A stretch of DNA of 64,000 bases, taken from Thermoleophilaceae bacterium (lineage in GTDB: Bacteria > Actinomycetota > Thermoleophilia > Solirubrobacterales > Thermoleophilaceae). The DNA lies in contig JACVRW010000004.1 of assembly GCA_014534235.1 (NCBI GenBank), positions 2,137 to 66,136 of the forward strand, given 5' to 3'. Of the stretch, positions 63,474 to 64,000 are shown piece by piece. A program made the translations under genes and the position numbers. The notes below the pieces were generated by a model. That model was not told where the DNA came from and ran no database searches. It was given only the letters and a program-made list of their open reading frames with translations. How positions within the stretch are numbered: the stretch's first letter is position 1; every line of letters begins with the position of its first letter.

Positions 63474-64000
63474 GGGACGCGCGACCCACCCGTCGCACGG
63501 GGCTCCGCGCCGCCCTCGCGCTGGCCGCTCTGATGATCGCGGCGGCGGTCGCAGTCGTCTTCGTAGGCGGGTCGTCCGGGTCGTCGTCGGCCGACCCGGC
63601 GCTTCCCCCGCCGCCGCGATCGGCGCTCGCGCCAAAGAACGTCCCGCTCGGCCCTACCCCCGCCGCCCTGTGGGCGCCCGTCCTGGCCACGACGGCCGCC
63701 CGCACGGGACCGGCGGAGCCGACCGTGGCCGCCGAGGTTCCCGCCCGAACGCCGGAGGGAACGACCAACATCGTGCTCATCGTCGGCCAGACCGAGCGTC
63801 GGGCGGGGAAGCTCTGGGTGGAGGTGCGCGTGCCCGGAACGCCGGACGACGTGCGCGGCTGGATGCCCCGAAGCGCCCTAGGCGGGTACACCCCCGTTCG
63901 CACTCGCCTTGTCGTCAACCGCGAGCGGCTCCGGGCCACGCTGCTCCGCGATGGCCGGCCGGTGTTCCGAGCGGCGATCGGCGTCGGCGCGCCGGCGACC
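63470..64000 (+). CDS. Probable L,D-transpeptidase-family protein (N-terminal part; runs off the window)
   Basis: Not in the ORF track. My own translation from GTG 63470 (GTGA overlap) reads VRDARPTRRTGLRAALALAALMIAAAVAVVF.. GKLWVEVRVPGTPDDVRGWMPRSAL.. RLVVNRERLRATLLRDGRPVFRAAIGVGAPAT... This shows a TM anchor, an SH3-like segment and the start of a YkuD-type domain. Confidence 0.55.
   Translation, partial: MRDARPTRRTGLRAALALAALMIAAAVAVVFVGGSSGSSSADPALPPPPRSALAPKNVPLGPTPAALWAPVLATTAARTGPAEPTVAAEVPARTPEGTTNIVLIVGQTERRAGKLWVEVRVPGTPDDVRGWMPRSALGGYTPVRTRLVVNRERLRATLLRDGRPVFRAAIGVGAPAT

Overview
This is a very GC-rich chromosomal segment, roughly 70% GC by eye. Gene content and order look like a high-GC Gram-positive bacterium (Actinomycetota). 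A deep-branching class such as Thermoleophilia or Rubrobacteria is possible but cannot be shown from this window. I support about 60 protein genes (most on the minus strand), one tRNA (CAU anticodon), one decayed pseudogene and a few regulatory or structured sites. I saw no rRNA, CRISPR array, transposase or integrase. Many neighbouring genes share GTGA, ATGA or TGATG start/stop overlaps, and GTG starts are frequent. Blocks from left to right: (1) a HEPN/nucleotidyltransferase toxin-antitoxin-like pair cut by the window edge, two MBL hydrolases, an orphan RsbW-like ATPase, DUF72 and an M48 peptidase. (2) An SOS mutagenesis cassette (imuB, a small ORF, a GAF/GNAT pseudogene, then dnaE2) with two near-identical GAAC-N4-GTTC LexA-type boxes abutting the imuB and dnaE2 start codons. 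(3) The conserved actinobacterial block alaS-ruvX-mltG-aroE ... prepilin peptidase-aroC-aroK/aroB(fused)-aroQ-pepP, interrupted by a four-gene insert (membrane protein, lipoprotein, DUF429, HIRAN). (4) An HD-GYP protein, an MFS transporter, and a 0.49-kb noncoding spacer of lower GC. (5) A peptide/nickel-type ABC importer with three tandem paralogous binding proteins. (6) A translationally coupled operon: IscU-like::MnmA fusion, UsfX-like anti-sigma factor, SigF/SigB-type sigma factor. (7) aspS-hisS, an MBL hydrolase, a formimidoyltransferase and the tRNA. (8) An HTTM-domain gene pair and yvcK. (9) A sugar operon (ABM, FucP-like MFS, orphan solute-binding lipoprotein, otsB, GH65 phosphorylase, beta-phosphoglucomutase) with a divergent PfkB kinase. 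(10) An AAC(2')-I-like acetyltransferase, an acyl-CoA dehydrogenase, an acyl-CoA ligase, phaC, an alpha/beta hydrolase, two ferritin-like secreted paralogues and a partial L,D-transpeptidase. My best candidates for something not yet described are the imuA-less SOS cassette with a coupled 83-aa ORF, the MFS plus orphan binding-protein pairing, the IscU-MnmA/anti-sigma/sigma operon, the 0.49-kb noncoding spacer, and the UPF0158-fused HEPN/MNT pair. All functional calls rest on motif and family recognition by eye. No database search was run.
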